Positions 17,904 to 28,412 are shown, counted from the stretch's first letter. The stretch: DNA of 64,000 bases from Candidatus Komeilibacteria bacterium (GCA_048538235.1 JBLYPX010000001.1:136013-200012), one strand, 5' to 3'. The notes: generated by a model not told the origin, from the letters alone. A program made the numbers and translations.

Positions 17904-18974
17904 ATGAAACACTTACTCGTGACCGTGTTGCTAACAGCAACGGTTTTTGCTCAAACTCCAGATATTATTCTGGAAGGTTTTTCCTGGCCAGAACAGGTTA
18001 GAAAGGAAATGACAGTACGTTCAAGTCAACAGGCCCAAACAATCGTTTTGCATGAGCAACAACTGGCATATGGAGGTTACAGTCTGGTGGATCAGAATTT
18101 CCATGAGAATGTAATTCTTCCAGTCGGTTCCAAACTGAATGTTTGGAGATATGATTTAGAAGATGAATCATATTACCTTATGCAGACAAAGAATGGTTGG
18201 TACTGGGTGACCACTGCAGACCTATACCCCTCTCAAGAGAGTAGGGGGCCTAGTTTTGTAATTGAGAACCTTGAGTGGAATCAAAAATTCAGCTATTGGA
18301 GCGCAGATTATGGCGATCGAATAGCTGGTTCACGCTATAGCTTATTCGTAGATAAGAAATTATCTTGGATTGGTAATGGTGGAGATTTTGATCTATCTCC
18401 GGGTGCTGGTTTTAGCATGCGCTATAGACCAGATTCAGAGATTCGATCACAGGCTGAACAAATTCCCATGTATTTAGTGCGTTTAGCATTGAATGCGAAT
18501 AAGAGTTTGTTTCAGTCAGATTGGTTAAGATTCCAATGGTACGCTTCAGGAAGCTATTACATGCCAATAGAGAGTCGTTTTGACGATACTTGGGATGTGT
18601 ACAGCAAATTCTCGTGGCGACTACCAACTCTTTTGAGTAGTAACCTCAGATTGAATTTTACCTACTACGGTTCAGAGCCGGTTTCCAAGGAGTGGGAGTA
18701 TTCTGAAGGTAAGGTGCAGCTATTGTACTCTTACGAAAATCTACCCATATATATTGGGTGGGTGCCATATACTTCTGCAAATTGGAGAAATACCGATGGT
18801 TGGGTAACGCACAGTGAGGCAAAGGACAACAACTTTGTTATCGGTGTAGAATCCAGCAAGGTATGGTTCGAGTTAAACTTCGGAACTTATCACAAGAAAT
18901 CTGGCATGGAGCCGGAGATCAGCCATGAAGGTGACGAAAGACATTTGTCGTTTTCAGTTGGCACCAAACGCTAA
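17904..18974 (+). CDS. Secreted aromatic-rich protein, possible beta-barrel; first gene of the GC-rich island
   Basis: Signal peptide MKHLLVTVLLTATVFA|QTP. AAGGGGAG SD. Alternating aromatic/hydrophilic beta-strand-like patterns in the C-terminal half. About 45% GC against about 28% in the flanks. Confidence 0.55.
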   Translation: MKHLLVTVLLTATVFAQTPDIILEGFSWPEQVRKEMTVRSSQQAQTIVLHEQQLAYGGYSLVDQNFHENVILPVGSKLNVWRYDLEDESYYLMQTKNGWYWVTTADLYPSQESRGPSFVIENLEWNQKFSYWSADYGDRIAGSRYSLFVDKKLSWIGNGGDFDLSPGAGFSMRYRPDSEIRSQAEQIPMYLVRLALNANKSLFQSDWLRFQWYASGSYYMPIESRFDDTWDVYSKFSWRLPTLLSSNLRLNFTYYGSEPVSKEWEYSEGKVQLLYSYENLPIYIGWVPYTSANWRNTDGWVTHSEAKDNNFVIGVESSKVWFELNFGTYHKKSGMEPEISHEGDERHLSFSVGTKR

Positions 18975-18983
18975 GGAGGAAAT

Positions 18984-20027
18984 ATGAAAGTAAAAATGAG
19001 CTTAGTGCTCATGTCGTTGTTGGTGCTGATTGGCTGTTCCAAGTTTTGGGAAGACAGTCTAACTGCACCGACAAGCACGTATAATCTGGGTAATTCTCAG
19101 ATTACAGCGATAGTTTTGGGTAAGACTGCTGCTGATACCGCAAATTTTAAATCAAATATGTGGTTGAAGAGCGACAGTTCTGGCACGGAATATCGTGAGG
19201 TGCAGTTTTCCGACATATTGCGGATTACTACAATGGTGAGTGAACAGCTCTACAAGAGTAGGGTCAGCTATAACGGAATTGTACCTTTTGCGGGATTTAC
19301 CATTGCTGGTGTTGAACCAACATATTGGACTATTGATAAGGAGCAGGGTCCCTGGTTTTGGGGAGGAATTGATCCAGAAGGAAATTTCGTTCAGGATCAA
19401 AACAACCTTGCTGATACTGTCATTATTCCAATTGAGGTTTATGCAGCCAGTGGTAATAGTTACAGTTTCAACGGTACTGGTACAGATCATGACAATAGGA
19501 ATGTTCCATGGAATTCTGGTCTGAATCGTTATCGTGAGGAAATGGTAACATTACCTGGTGAGCATCGTTATGATTTTTACGGCTCCGGTATTGACTCAGT
19601 CAGAATTGGAAACACAATGATCTACGATATCAGTGGTGGATACATCAGTTTCGAAATCGTAGATTCTAATCAAGTATCTGTACTGGATGATCTGTCTGGT
19701 ATGCATGAGGTCTCTTGGCAGGATACTGCATCAGCAGATTCTGTCGCGTTGATGATCTCAGATAGATTAGGGGATAGAAATTATAACCTAATCAACCAGT
19801 CTGGCAATTGGCTTCATTCAGTTGTCATGCCGTCAGATACTTTAATATTGTTGAGAGTTGAAGCTGATAACGAATTGCAAGTGACAGGTGTTAAAGTTGC
19901 TAATACAGAACTTCATCATCTGGTCATGGTAGATTCGAGTCAGTATTGGTTCGCCTTTCGTCTTGTAGATGGAGTGGTGAGTCAGGATTCAGCTAACAAC
20001 TTTCCAAACCTTCAACTTTATCCCTAG
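18984..20027 (+). CDS. Lipoprotein of unknown function (island gene 2)
   Basis: Lipobox LVLIGC|SK. AAGGAGGA SD. GC-rich codon usage. Confidence 0.55.
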   Translation: MKVKMSLVLMSLLVLIGCSKFWEDSLTAPTSTYNLGNSQITAIVLGKTAADTANFKSNMWLKSDSSGTEYREVQFSDILRITTMVSEQLYKSRVSYNGIVPFAGFTIAGVEPTYWTIDKEQGPWFWGGIDPEGNFVQDQNNLADTVIIPIEVYAASGNSYSFNGTGTDHDNRNVPWNSGLNRYREEMVTLPGEHRYDFYGSGIDSVRIGNTMIYDISGGYISFEIVDSNQVSVLDDLSGMHEVSWQDTASADSVALMISDRLGDRNYNLINQSGNWLHSVVMPSDTLILLRVEADNELQVTGVKVANTELHHLVMVDSSQYWFAFRLVDGVVSQDSANNFPNLQLYP

Positions 20028-20036
20028 GAGGGAAAT

Positions 20037-20861
20037 ATGAAAGCATGGCAAGTTGGAACATTGGTTGCTGTAGTCGCCATTTTGTTCCTAATCACAGGAT
20101 TTAGTCTTCGAGGGTGTTCTTCATCTGATGAAGCCAAGTCCGAACCTCAGACTGTTACGCAGGATGAGGTGGGTAAGATGATTGCTCAGGCTATCGAGGA
20201 TTTTTCGAAGGAACAGTCCAAACAGATCCAATCATTGGGTTTGTCAATCGATACCCTGGGTATACGGATAGCTGAAAACAAACCAGCTCCTGTTGCAAAA
20301 CCCGCACAACATGCAAAGAAAACACCCACGAAAAAGCATGTGACGTACAAGAAGTCGACCAAGAAGAAGGCACCTGTACATCGAACGCAATCAGTGAGTG
20401 TTGATCAGTCAATGACTGAGATCTTTGCAAACAGTGAGTTTATTCCATCTCAACGCAAAACTGTTGCTGTGGCTCCTGTACAGCAACAGGTGATACGGAC
20501 CAGTGCTCCTGCTGTTCAGCAAAATGCTCTGGTGAAAACACCACCACCGCCCATTGGACAACTCAAAGTTCTTGTATCTTCGGATGCAAAGCACATCTGG
20601 GGAACTGCAACGAACTGGACATCTGGCCAGGTAAGGGTGAAGAAGGGAATTGCTTATATCCCAGCTCGCACGGGTAATAGACTGTACATCAATGGTGATC
20701 TGAAAGATAAGACCTACCTTGATGCTCAGGAAATTACCTTGGTTGCACCAAACGGAAGTCAGGTTACTCTTAATTGGAGTAATTCAGGCGTAGACGGTCC
20801 GGCAGCGAACCAGAAGAATTTGGTGTATTCGTACATGGGCGGGAATCTCAGCATTCCTTAA
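20037..20861 (+). CDS. Membrane-anchored protein with a Lys/Pro-rich linker (island gene 3)
   Basis: N-terminal TM (LVAVVAILFLITGF), a basic low-complexity linker (PAPVAKPAQHAKKTPTKKH...) and a C-terminal globular region. GGAGGGA SD. Confidence 0.5.
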   Translation: MKAWQVGTLVAVVAILFLITGFSLRGCSSSDEAKSEPQTVTQDEVGKMIAQAIEDFSKEQSKQIQSLGLSIDTLGIRIAENKPAPVAKPAQHAKKTPTKKHVTYKKSTKKKAPVHRTQSVSVDQSMTEIFANSEFIPSQRKTVAVAPVQQQVIRTSAPAVQQNALVKTPPPPIGQLKVLVSSDAKHIWGTATNWTSGQVRVKKGIAYIPARTGNRLYINGDLKDKTYLDAQEITLVAPNGSQVTLNWSNSGVDGPAANQKNLVYSYMGGNLSIP

Positions 20862-20876
20862 TATCTCCCAAAACAA

Positions 20877-20920
20877 AACAACGACCAGTCTTAGACTAAC
20901 TTTGACTGGTCGTTTTTTTA
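20877..20920 (+). terminator. Rho-independent terminator closing the island operon
   Basis: ACGACCAGTC-ttagactaacttt-GACTGGTCGT followed by TTTTTTT. Confidence 0.7.
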
Positions 20921-20985
20921 TTTTAAATAATATTGACAGACATCATTTTTTATGTTTAGATATAGCTTAATCAAAGGTATTAAAA

Positions 20986-22269
20986 ATGGAGAAAAATAGC
21001 TTAATTTTTACTAATTTACGACTAATCACAGTACTATTGTGCTTAGTTGTTTTATTATATCCATTTAACCAATTTTACTGGACTTATGGGTGGGATATAA
21101 ATATACCTTATGCAGATCTGATTATTATATTATTAGGTGTTATCACGGGTATATTTTTCATAACAGATTTGTTCAAAAAAAGACTTAAACCCTTTCCAAA
21201 ACAATTGTTTATTAATTTAATACCACTGGTTTTATTAATAATTACTGGAGCTTTATCTTTAACTAATGTTTGGTCAGAACAATTAGGCGCTAGTATTAAG
21301 TATTGGTGGAGGTTTGTTGGTTTCTACTATATTTTTTATTTTTTATTCATTCAGTATTTAGCAAGTAATGAAAAGAGGTTTTGGAGAATAAGTTATTGTA
21401 TATATGGTCTAGGTATATTTTTATCTTTTATGGGACTTGTTTCATTTATATCTCCTGAAATACCTCAAGCCTTTCGTATGGCTGCACCACTTTCTTGGTT
21501 CGGACTTTTTCCATACGCCTCAAGTCATAATTTATTAGCAGAGAGTTTAGTTAGTATCATTTTGTTTAGTTGGCTACTTGCTTACCGTTATCAATCTAGA
21601 GAAATTAGTAAGTGGTTATATTTAGGAATAGCTTTTATGATTGGCATCACAGTTTTAACTTTTTCTAGAACAGGTTGGTTAGTATTATGGATTGAGTTAT
21701 TTATTTTAGCAGCCATTTATTACAAAGATTATTTTATTTTGTTTATTAAAAAGTTTTGGTGGACTGGATTAGTTTTATTAGCATTACTTTCTATATATTT
21801 TATTACCTTTGGTCAGACAAATTTTGTGACCAGTTCTAATGCAGCTAGAGTAGCTATGATAGATAAAAGCTGGTCATTGTTTTTAGATCACCCAATACTT
21901 GGTAATGGCATAGGTACTTGGCAAGAGATAGTTAGTAAAGATATATATTATGTTGCAGAATTTGGACAACCATTAGAACAACATGGGATTTTATGGAAAT
22001 TAATTGCTGAGCAGGGCATAGTTGGTGTAATTGTGTGGTTTGGCATGATGATATATTTTCTGTATCTTTTGTTTAAAAATTATACAAGTTTTACTAAAGA
22101 TAATCCTTGGCGTTGGGGAGCTTTAATTGCTTTACTAGTTGTTTTAGGACAATTCATATTTCAATTACTAGATACAGGCTATTATTCAGCTAAAATGTGG
22201 ATGCCAATGGGTCTTGCTTTTGCTCTTATGTATATTTCACAGAAATATTTAGTTAACGAAAAGTCATGA
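20986..22269 (+). CDS. O-antigen ligase/polymerase-like membrane protein (Wzy_C/WaaL family)
   Basis: About 11 TM helices. 'FSRTGWL' loop motif, as in O-antigen ligase family proteins. Confidence 0.55.
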   Translation: MEKNSLIFTNLRLITVLLCLVVLLYPFNQFYWTYGWDINIPYADLIIILLGVITGIFFITDLFKKRLKPFPKQLFINLIPLVLLIITGALSLTNVWSEQLGASIKYWWRFVGFYYIFYFLFIQYLASNEKRFWRISYCIYGLGIFLSFMGLVSFISPEIPQAFRMAAPLSWFGLFPYASSHNLLAESLVSIILFSWLLAYRYQSREISKWLYLGIAFMIGITVLTFSRTGWLVLWIELFILAAIYYKDYFILFIKKFWWTGLVLLALLSIYFITFGQTNFVTSSNAARVAMIDKSWSLFLDHPILGNGIGTWQEIVSKDIYYVAEFGQPLEQHGILWKLIAEQGIVGVIVWFGMMIYFLYLLFKNYTSFTKDNPWRWGALIALLVVLGQFIFQLLDTGYYSAKMWMPMGLAFALMYISQKYLVNEKS

Positions 22270-23456
22270 AGATATTATTAATAAACAAGTTTCACTATAT
22301 TCAAGGCGGGGCAGATCGTCACTATTTAGAATTGGCAGATATCTTAAAAGCTAATGGACACGAGGTTGTATTTTTCTCAATGAAGAATGCTAATAATATT
22401 GAGTGTCAACAGTCAAAGTATTTTGTAGATTATTTAGATTTTTCTAAAGTTAAATTAGATAAGAATTTATTTAAAAAGATAGGAAGAATGTTTTGGTCAG
22501 GGAAGGCACAAAAGAATTTGCAGCAGTTAATTGATGATGAGAAGCCAGATATTGCTCATTTGCATAACATTTATCATCAGATATCTCCATCTATAATTAA
22601 GACATTAAAGAAGAATAATATACCAGTTGTTATGACTGTACATGATTATTATTTAGTAAGTCCTTTATACTCATTATTTGCTAAAGGTAAGGTGTTTAAT
22701 CCAGATAAATGGAAATATTGGCAAGTCATTATTAATAGAGCAGTTAAGAATTCTTTAGCAGCCTCTGTTTTATCTAGCACTGTAAATTGGTGGCACAAGC
22801 TTAGAAGACATTATACTAAGATAGATTTGTTTATATGTCCTAGTCAATTTTTAGCTAATCATTTAAAAAAAATTTATCCTCAGGCTAATATTCATGTACT
22901 ACCTAATTTTGTCAAAGAATTAGATAATGAAAATAACACTATTGGTAATTACTATATATATGCGGGTAGAATAATTGAAGAGAAGGGAGTAGATTTAATT
23001 TTGCAAGCAGCTAAAAAGTTACCAGATGTTAATTTTAGAATTGCAGGTGCAGGACCAGCTAAGGAAGAATTAGAAAAAGAGTATAAGCTTTCAAATGTTA
23101 AATGGATGGGTCAATTAAATAGTCAACAGCTATTTAAAGAACTGAGTTGTGCAAAAGCGATGATTGTTCCATCACGTTGGTATGAGAATTGTCCGCTTAG
23201 TGTTTTAGAATCACTTTCTTTAGGCATCCCTGTTATTGCTAGTAATATGGGTGGAATACCAGAAATTGTAAAGGATAAAGAGAATGGTTTGATTTTTGAA
23301 AATGATAATCCTACTGATCTTCTAGAAAAAATTAAGTTAATAGATAAAGATGATAATTTAAGAAAAAAGTTAGCAAATAATGCTAAGTTTACCTCTGCTA
23401 ATTATTCGGTTAAAAATTATTACAATAAATTATATAGTTTGTATGAAAGCCTTTAA
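22266..23456 (+). CDS. Glycosyltransferase family 4
   Basis: Acceptor domain at the N-terminus and the GT4 C-terminal domain 'ENCPLSVLESLSLGIPVIASNMGGIPEIV...ENGLIFE'. Confidence 0.8.
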   Translation: MKILLINKFHYIQGGADRHYLELADILKANGHEVVFFSMKNANNIECQQSKYFVDYLDFSKVKLDKNLFKKIGRMFWSGKAQKNLQQLIDDEKPDIAHLHNIYHQISPSIIKTLKKNNIPVVMTVHDYYLVSPLYSLFAKGKVFNPDKWKYWQVIINRAVKNSLAASVLSSTVNWWHKLRRHYTKIDLFICPSQFLANHLKKIYPQANIHVLPNFVKELDNENNTIGNYYIYAGRIIEEKGVDLILQAAKKLPDVNFRIAGAGPAKEELEKEYKLSNVKWMGQLNSQQLFKELSCAKAMIVPSRWYENCPLSVLESLSLGIPVIASNMGGIPEIVKDKENGLIFENDNPTDLLEKIKLIDKDDNLRKKLANNAKFTSANYSVKNYYNKLYSLYESL

Positions 23457-25398
23457 GTTTTACATTGTAATATTTATTATTTTAAGCATCTGTCTTCCTC
23501 AGATAAGTTTTGGTATTAAAGAAGATTACCCTAAATTGGCTAACTATTATTTGAAATGGCGTATTAACGACATGGACGTTAATGAACTAGCTAAGTGGGA
23601 TGTACTAGTTTTAGATATGCAGAATCAATATACCAGTAATGAAGCTTTGAAGAAGATAAAGGAAATTAATCCAGATATTACATTACTGGCATATATGACT
23701 GTAGAAGAGGTGCGAGATCAGCACAGTGGAACAGATGCGGGAAATCCCTGGAGAACTCTTTATGATAAAGTTAATGGATCTAATTTATGGCTATATAGTA
23801 ATTCTTCTCAAAAGTTATCTGTCTGGCAAGGTACTAGTATGATAGATATTACTAATAATGCCTGGCAAAGTTGGTTGCCTAACTTTTTAAAGAACGATAT
23901 TTTAGTTAATGAATATTGGGACGGTATATTTTTGGATAATTGTTTTGATAGTATTTCTTGGATAGGTGGTAGTAGAGTTTCAGATAATAGTTGGAAAATA
24001 GCAATGAATAGTTTATTACAGAAGATAAATAATACTATTTCTTCTGAACATCTATTAGTCGTGAATAGCAGTAGTAGTTATGCTTCATATACTAATGGTA
24101 GATTGTACGAAGGTTGGCCAGAAGTATATACAGGAACATGGCAAACAAATATGAACGACTATTTGAACTTAGTAGATAAAGTTAAAGAGCCAACCACGAT
24201 TATTATTAATAGTAATACTGGTAATAGTAATAACCGAACAGATTACAGAACAATGAGATTTGGTTTAACATCAGCTCTGCTAAGTGATGCGTATTTTAGC
24301 TTTGACTATGGTGATCAAGATCATGCTCAAACTTGGTGGTATGATGAGTATGACCAATACTTAGGTAAACCATTAAATGAAGCATACAATTTATTACAAG
24401 ATAATAGTTATGGTTTATGGCGTAGAGATTTTGAACAAGGAAGTATATTAATTAATCCTTCATTAACTGATCATAGAATTAAATTAGGAGCAGAGTTTGA
24501 AAAGATTACTGGTGTGCAAGATCCAAGCACTAATAATGGTCAGATAGTAACCGCTGTAGATATTAAGTCTCAGGATGGTTTAATTATATTAAGAAGGTCT
24601 AAAAATATTACAGGGGCTGTATTTAGGAATGGTAGTTTTGCTAAAATCTACGATCAATATGGTAGTAAGGTAAAAAATGGATATTTTGTTTACGATAACA
24701 AAGCAGCTGGAGATAACAAAGTGGCAAGTGTGGATTTAGATTCAGACGGCAAATTAGACAAAGTGATTGCTGGTAATAATTGGATAGATATATATAATGA
24801 AGATGAGTTTGTTAAAAGGTTCTATCCATATACAGAGGGGTATAATCAGGGAATAAATTTTGCAGTTGGGGATTTAAATGGAGATGGTTGGGTAGAGATT
24901 ATTACTGGCACAGAACGTGGTGGTGGTCCCCAGATTAGAATATTTAGTAGCGACGGTAGATTAATTAATCCAGGCTTTTTTGCTTATTCAGATAAGTTTA
25001 GAGGTGGAGTATCTGTTGCTGTTGCAGATATGAATAATAATGGTCAAATGGAGATTGTAGCTGGCGCTGGTTATGGCGGTGGTCCACATGTTAGGATCTT
25101 TGATGCTAGCGGTCAATTATTGAGTCCTGGTTTCATGGCTTTTGATCCTTCTTTCCGAGGGGGTGTAACCGTAGCTACTGCAGATTTAAATAATGATGGT
25201 AGAGCTGAAATAGTAACAACACCTGGTCGTGGCGGAAAGGCAGAGGTTAGAACATTTAGTATGGAAGGAGAGCTATTAAACGAATGGGCTGTTAATGAAG
25301 GAAGTAATACTTTAGGCCTAGACCTATCAATATTAGATATATCTGGTGATGGCGTGTTAGATATAGTCGCTATGACTAGAAATATATTTTCATGGTAA
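23443..25398 (+). CDS. Secreted fusion protein: N-terminal GH114-like (GHL TIM-barrel) glycoside hydrolase domain plus C-terminal FG-GAP repeat beta-propeller
   Basis: Signal peptide MKAFKFYIVIFIILSICLPQISFG. 'WDGIFLDNCFD' resembles the GH114/GHL catalytic region. At least five FG-GAP-like repeats, for example 'GDLNGDGWVEIITG...GGGPQIRIF', 'ADMNNNGQMEIVAG' and 'ADLNNDGRAEIVTT'. Confidence 0.5.
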   Translation: MKAFKFYIVIFIILSICLPQISFGIKEDYPKLANYYLKWRINDMDVNELAKWDVLVLDMQNQYTSNEALKKIKEINPDITLLAYMTVEEVRDQHSGTDAGNPWRTLYDKVNGSNLWLYSNSSQKLSVWQGTSMIDITNNAWQSWLPNFLKNDILVNEYWDGIFLDNCFDSISWIGGSRVSDNSWKIAMNSLLQKINNTISSEHLLVVNSSSSYASYTNGRLYEGWPEVYTGTWQTNMNDYLNLVDKVKEPTTIIINSNTGNSNNRTDYRTMRFGLTSALLSDAYFSFDYGDQDHAQTWWYDEYDQYLGKPLNEAYNLLQDNSYGLWRRDFEQGSILINPSLTDHRIKLGAEFEKITGVQDPSTNNGQIVTAVDIKSQDGLIILRRSKNITGAVFRNGSFAKIYDQYGSKVKNGYFVYDNKAAGDNKVASVDLDSDGKLDKVIAGNNWIDIYNEDEFVKRFYPYTEGYNQGINFAVGDLNGDGWVEIITGTERGGGPQIRIFSSDGRLINPGFFAYSDKFRGGVSVAVADMNNNGQMEIVAGAGYGGGPHVRIFDASGQLLSPGFMAFDPSFRGGVTVATADLNNDGRAEIVTTPGRGGKAEVRTFSMEGELLNEWAVNEGSNTLGLDLSILDISGDGVLDIVAMTRNIFSW

Positions 25399-25404
25399 AT
25401 ATTT

Positions 25405-27144
25405 ATGAAGTATAAATTATTACAAAATAATATTTTAAATAAAAGATTCTCAATAACTCATAATGTTGTGATTAGACCTATGCAGATGAGATATATTCGT
25501 TTGTATCACCAAAGATCTATGGCGCTTGTTTCTGACCTATTAATTATAGTTGGAGTGATGGTAATGTTTATTGCTTTAATATTTTTTTGGAATCATCCTA
25601 TTACAAGTAATAGGTATATAGATTTACAGATGAATTTAAATAGCGATCAGGTTTCTGGTCAGGCAGTCAGCTATAAAATATATTGGGAGAACGATAATAG
25701 AAATAGTGTAGATGATGTATATATGAGTTTAATGCCACCAAAAGGATTTGTAATAGATGAAGTGTTAGCTAATGGTTTTACTTATCAAGAGAAAGACAAT
25801 TTAATTGTAATGGGAGAGCTATTACCAGGAGCTAATGGTGAATTCGAGATTAAGGGTAAAATGTGGGTAGATATAAGTCTGGGAGCAGATTGGGATATTA
25901 GAATGTATTACAAGAATTTAGGTTTAAGACATAATAAGACATTACAAAAAAATATCACATATAGCGAATCATTATTAGATAGCAACATCTCAACTTTAGA
26001 AAAGGTATATTTGAATAATTACTTTCCAATTAATATTAAAGTTGTAAATAATTCTGAAGAATATTTACCAATAGTGTATGTGAATTTAGAATTGCCAGAG
26101 GATTTTGAATATGCTCCAGTATATGCTATTAAGGATAATACTTGGTATATTAATGGATTAAAACCAGGTGAAGAAAGAGATTTAACAATAACTGGTAGAT
26201 TAACGTATTTAAATGCTGCTAAGGCTAATTTTGGAGTAAAAACAGGCATAACAGCATATGATTCAAACCTAGAACAAAGGTCTAAATATGTTGCTGCTGA
26301 CTATATATTACCAAGGGTAGATTTAGATTTATCTTTGGAAGAACAAAATACATATATGTTGGGTCAACAATATTCATCTCAGATATATTACAATAATCGT
26401 GAGAGTTATGATTTAGAAGATGTTCAAGTGAGATTATATAGTGGGAGCGCTGGTCTTAAAGCAGAATTTAATCCAGGCTTCTATTCATATAAAGAGATAG
26501 GTGTTGAAAAGGAAGATTTTTTAAAGTCTACATTTGTGATTAATAGAGCAAATGGGGAAGTAAATAAATATGTAAATGTTTGGGCTGAGTTATCTTGGAA
26601 GAATACATATTCAGATGATCCAGAAAGAATATATGTGTTTAGTGAAAAGAAAACTATACAAGCTTCTCCAGATTTGAATTTAGAAGCAAAACTATATTAC
26701 TTTACACCAGGTGGTGATCAAATTGGTTATGGTCCGCTTCCACCAGTTGTTGGCGAGGCTACTAGTTATTGGGTTAGTATTCGTTTGTGGCCTAGCTTTG
26801 GTGAAGTAGATGATTTAAAGTTAACAGCAGATCTTGGTGATAATGTCAGACTGGTTGAGTATAATACTTCTTTAGGTAATGTTGTAAATGGTAATAATTT
26901 AACTTGGTCATTAGATAGTTATAGTACTAGTTGGTATTACCAACCACAACCAAGATTAAATTTACATTTAGAAATAACTCCAAGTGAGTGGCAGGTTGGT
27001 AATAATGTTGTATTACTAAAAAACATTACAGCTTCAGCTTTGAGTTTGGTGGATAAAAAGACCTTAAATAAAGAAATAGATATATTAAATAATAGCATGT
27101 TAGTGGATAATTTCTGGCCAAATGACGGCAAAATAATACCTTAA
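25405..27144 (+). CDS. Hypothetical membrane-anchored beta-rich protein
   Basis: TM helix (LLIIVGVMVMFIALIFF), then about 500 aa extracytoplasmic with no recognisable motif. Confidence 0.4.
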   Translation: MKYKLLQNNILNKRFSITHNVVIRPMQMRYIRLYHQRSMALVSDLLIIVGVMVMFIALIFFWNHPITSNRYIDLQMNLNSDQVSGQAVSYKIYWENDNRNSVDDVYMSLMPPKGFVIDEVLANGFTYQEKDNLIVMGELLPGANGEFEIKGKMWVDISLGADWDIRMYYKNLGLRHNKTLQKNITYSESLLDSNISTLEKVYLNNYFPINIKVVNNSEEYLPIVYVNLELPEDFEYAPVYAIKDNTWYINGLKPGEERDLTITGRLTYLNAAKANFGVKTGITAYDSNLEQRSKYVAADYILPRVDLDLSLEEQNTYMLGQQYSSQIYYNNRESYDLEDVQVRLYSGSAGLKAEFNPGFYSYKEIGVEKEDFLKSTFVINRANGEVNKYVNVWAELSWKNTYSDDPERIYVFSEKKTIQASPDLNLEAKLYYFTPGGDQIGYGPLPPVVGEATSYWVSIRLWPSFGEVDDLKLTADLGDNVRLVEYNTSLGNVVNGNNLTWSLDSYSTSWYYQPQPRLNLHLEITPSEWQVGNNVVLLKNITASALSLVDKKTLNKEIDILNNSMLVDNFWPNDGKIIP

Positions 27145-27200
27145 GAAATGTATTGACAAGCAGTATATTATTTGTTACTGTGATATACCAAAACAATATT

Positions 27201-28340
27201 ATGAAAATTGCATTTATAGGACAAAAAGGCATACCAACAAAATTCGGTGGAGTTGAAAGGTATGTTGAAGGAGTAAGTCAAAATCTGGCCAAATTAGGTC
27301 ACGATGTTTTTGTCTATACAAGACCATATTATACAAATAGCAAGAAAAAGACTTGGCGCGGTGTTCATTTAATTAGCATTCCTTCAATATATACTAAGCA
27401 TTTAGATGCCATTTCTCATGTGTTTGTTTCTACTATTCATGCCTTGTGGCAGGATTATGATGTAATACATTACCAAGGTGTTGGTCCATCATTATTATCT
27501 TTTATACCTAGAATATTTAAACCAAAGACAGAGGTTGTAGTTACATTTCATTCTTTAGATAGAAATCATGCAAAATGGAATTGGTTTGCAAGAATCATTT
27601 TAACAATAGGTGAGTGGACAGCTTGTAAATTCCCACATAGAACAGTTACTGTATCAAAAGGTTTACAAAAGTATTGTTTAGCAAGATATAATTCTCCAAC
27701 AACATATATTCCTAATGGTGTCTACAGTAAGACTGCGAAAGGTACTCAGGGTTTTTTGAATAAATTAGGTTTAAGTAAATATAAATATTTTGTTGTGGTA
27801 GCCCGTTTTATTAAACATAAAAAAATTGAAGATGTTATGAAAGCATTTTCATTATTAAATAAAGATGATGTTAAGCTTGTTATAGTAGGAGATGTAAGTT
27901 TTACTGGAGAGTATGCAAAGAAGGTTAAAAAATCTGCTGGTGAAAATGTATTATTCTTAAGCTCTTTATCTGCCGAGCCTTTATTTAATTTAATCAGTGA
28001 TTCCCTGGCATTTGTATCTGCATCAGAAGATGAAGGTATGCCTATATCTGTATTAGAAGCTTTAAGTTTAGCTACGCCAGTTATTTTATCAAATATTGAA
28101 GGTCACCGTGATGCAGTTGAAGGTTGTTATTGGTATGATTTTCCTGTTGCAGATATAAATGCATTACAAAATAGGATGAAATATATTATTCGTTATCAAT
28201 CAAAGGTGAGAGCTGAAGCTAAGCAGAATCAAAAATTAATAAAGGAGAATTATGATTGGGAAGGAATAGCTTCTTCTTTAGCAGATTTATACGCTCAGGA
28301 GATTAATGCTCCTAAGAGTTGGCAAACAAGTTTATTCTAA
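27201..28340 (+). CDS. Glycosyltransferase family 4 with a DUF1972-type N-terminus
   Basis: 'MKIAFIGQKGIPTKFGGVERYVE' is a DUF1972-like N-terminus. C-terminal 'EGMPISVLEALSLATPVILSNIEG' is a GT4 motif. Confidence 0.75.
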   Translation: MKIAFIGQKGIPTKFGGVERYVEGVSQNLAKLGHDVFVYTRPYYTNSKKKTWRGVHLISIPSIYTKHLDAISHVFVSTIHALWQDYDVIHYQGVGPSLLSFIPRIFKPKTEVVVTFHSLDRNHAKWNWFARIILTIGEWTACKFPHRTVTVSKGLQKYCLARYNSPTTYIPNGVYSKTAKGTQGFLNKLGLSKYKYFVVVARFIKHKKIEDVMKAFSLLNKDDVKLVIVGDVSFTGEYAKKVKKSAGENVLFLSSLSAEPLFNLISDSLAFVSASEDEGMPISVLEALSLATPVILSNIEGHRDAVEGCYWYDFPVADINALQNRMKYIIRYQSKVRAEAKQNQKLIKENYDWEGIASSLADLYAQEINAPKSWQTSLF

Positions 28341-28342
28341 AG

Positions 28343-28373
28343 TGCACAAAACACCTTGTCAGGTGTTTTTTTA
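28343..28373 (+). terminator. Rho-independent terminator
   Basis: AAACACCTTGTCAGGTGTTT hairpin followed by TTTTT. Confidence 0.55.
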
Positions 28374-28412
28374 ATTGTTAAACTTTATATATAACAATTA
28401 ATCACATATTAT

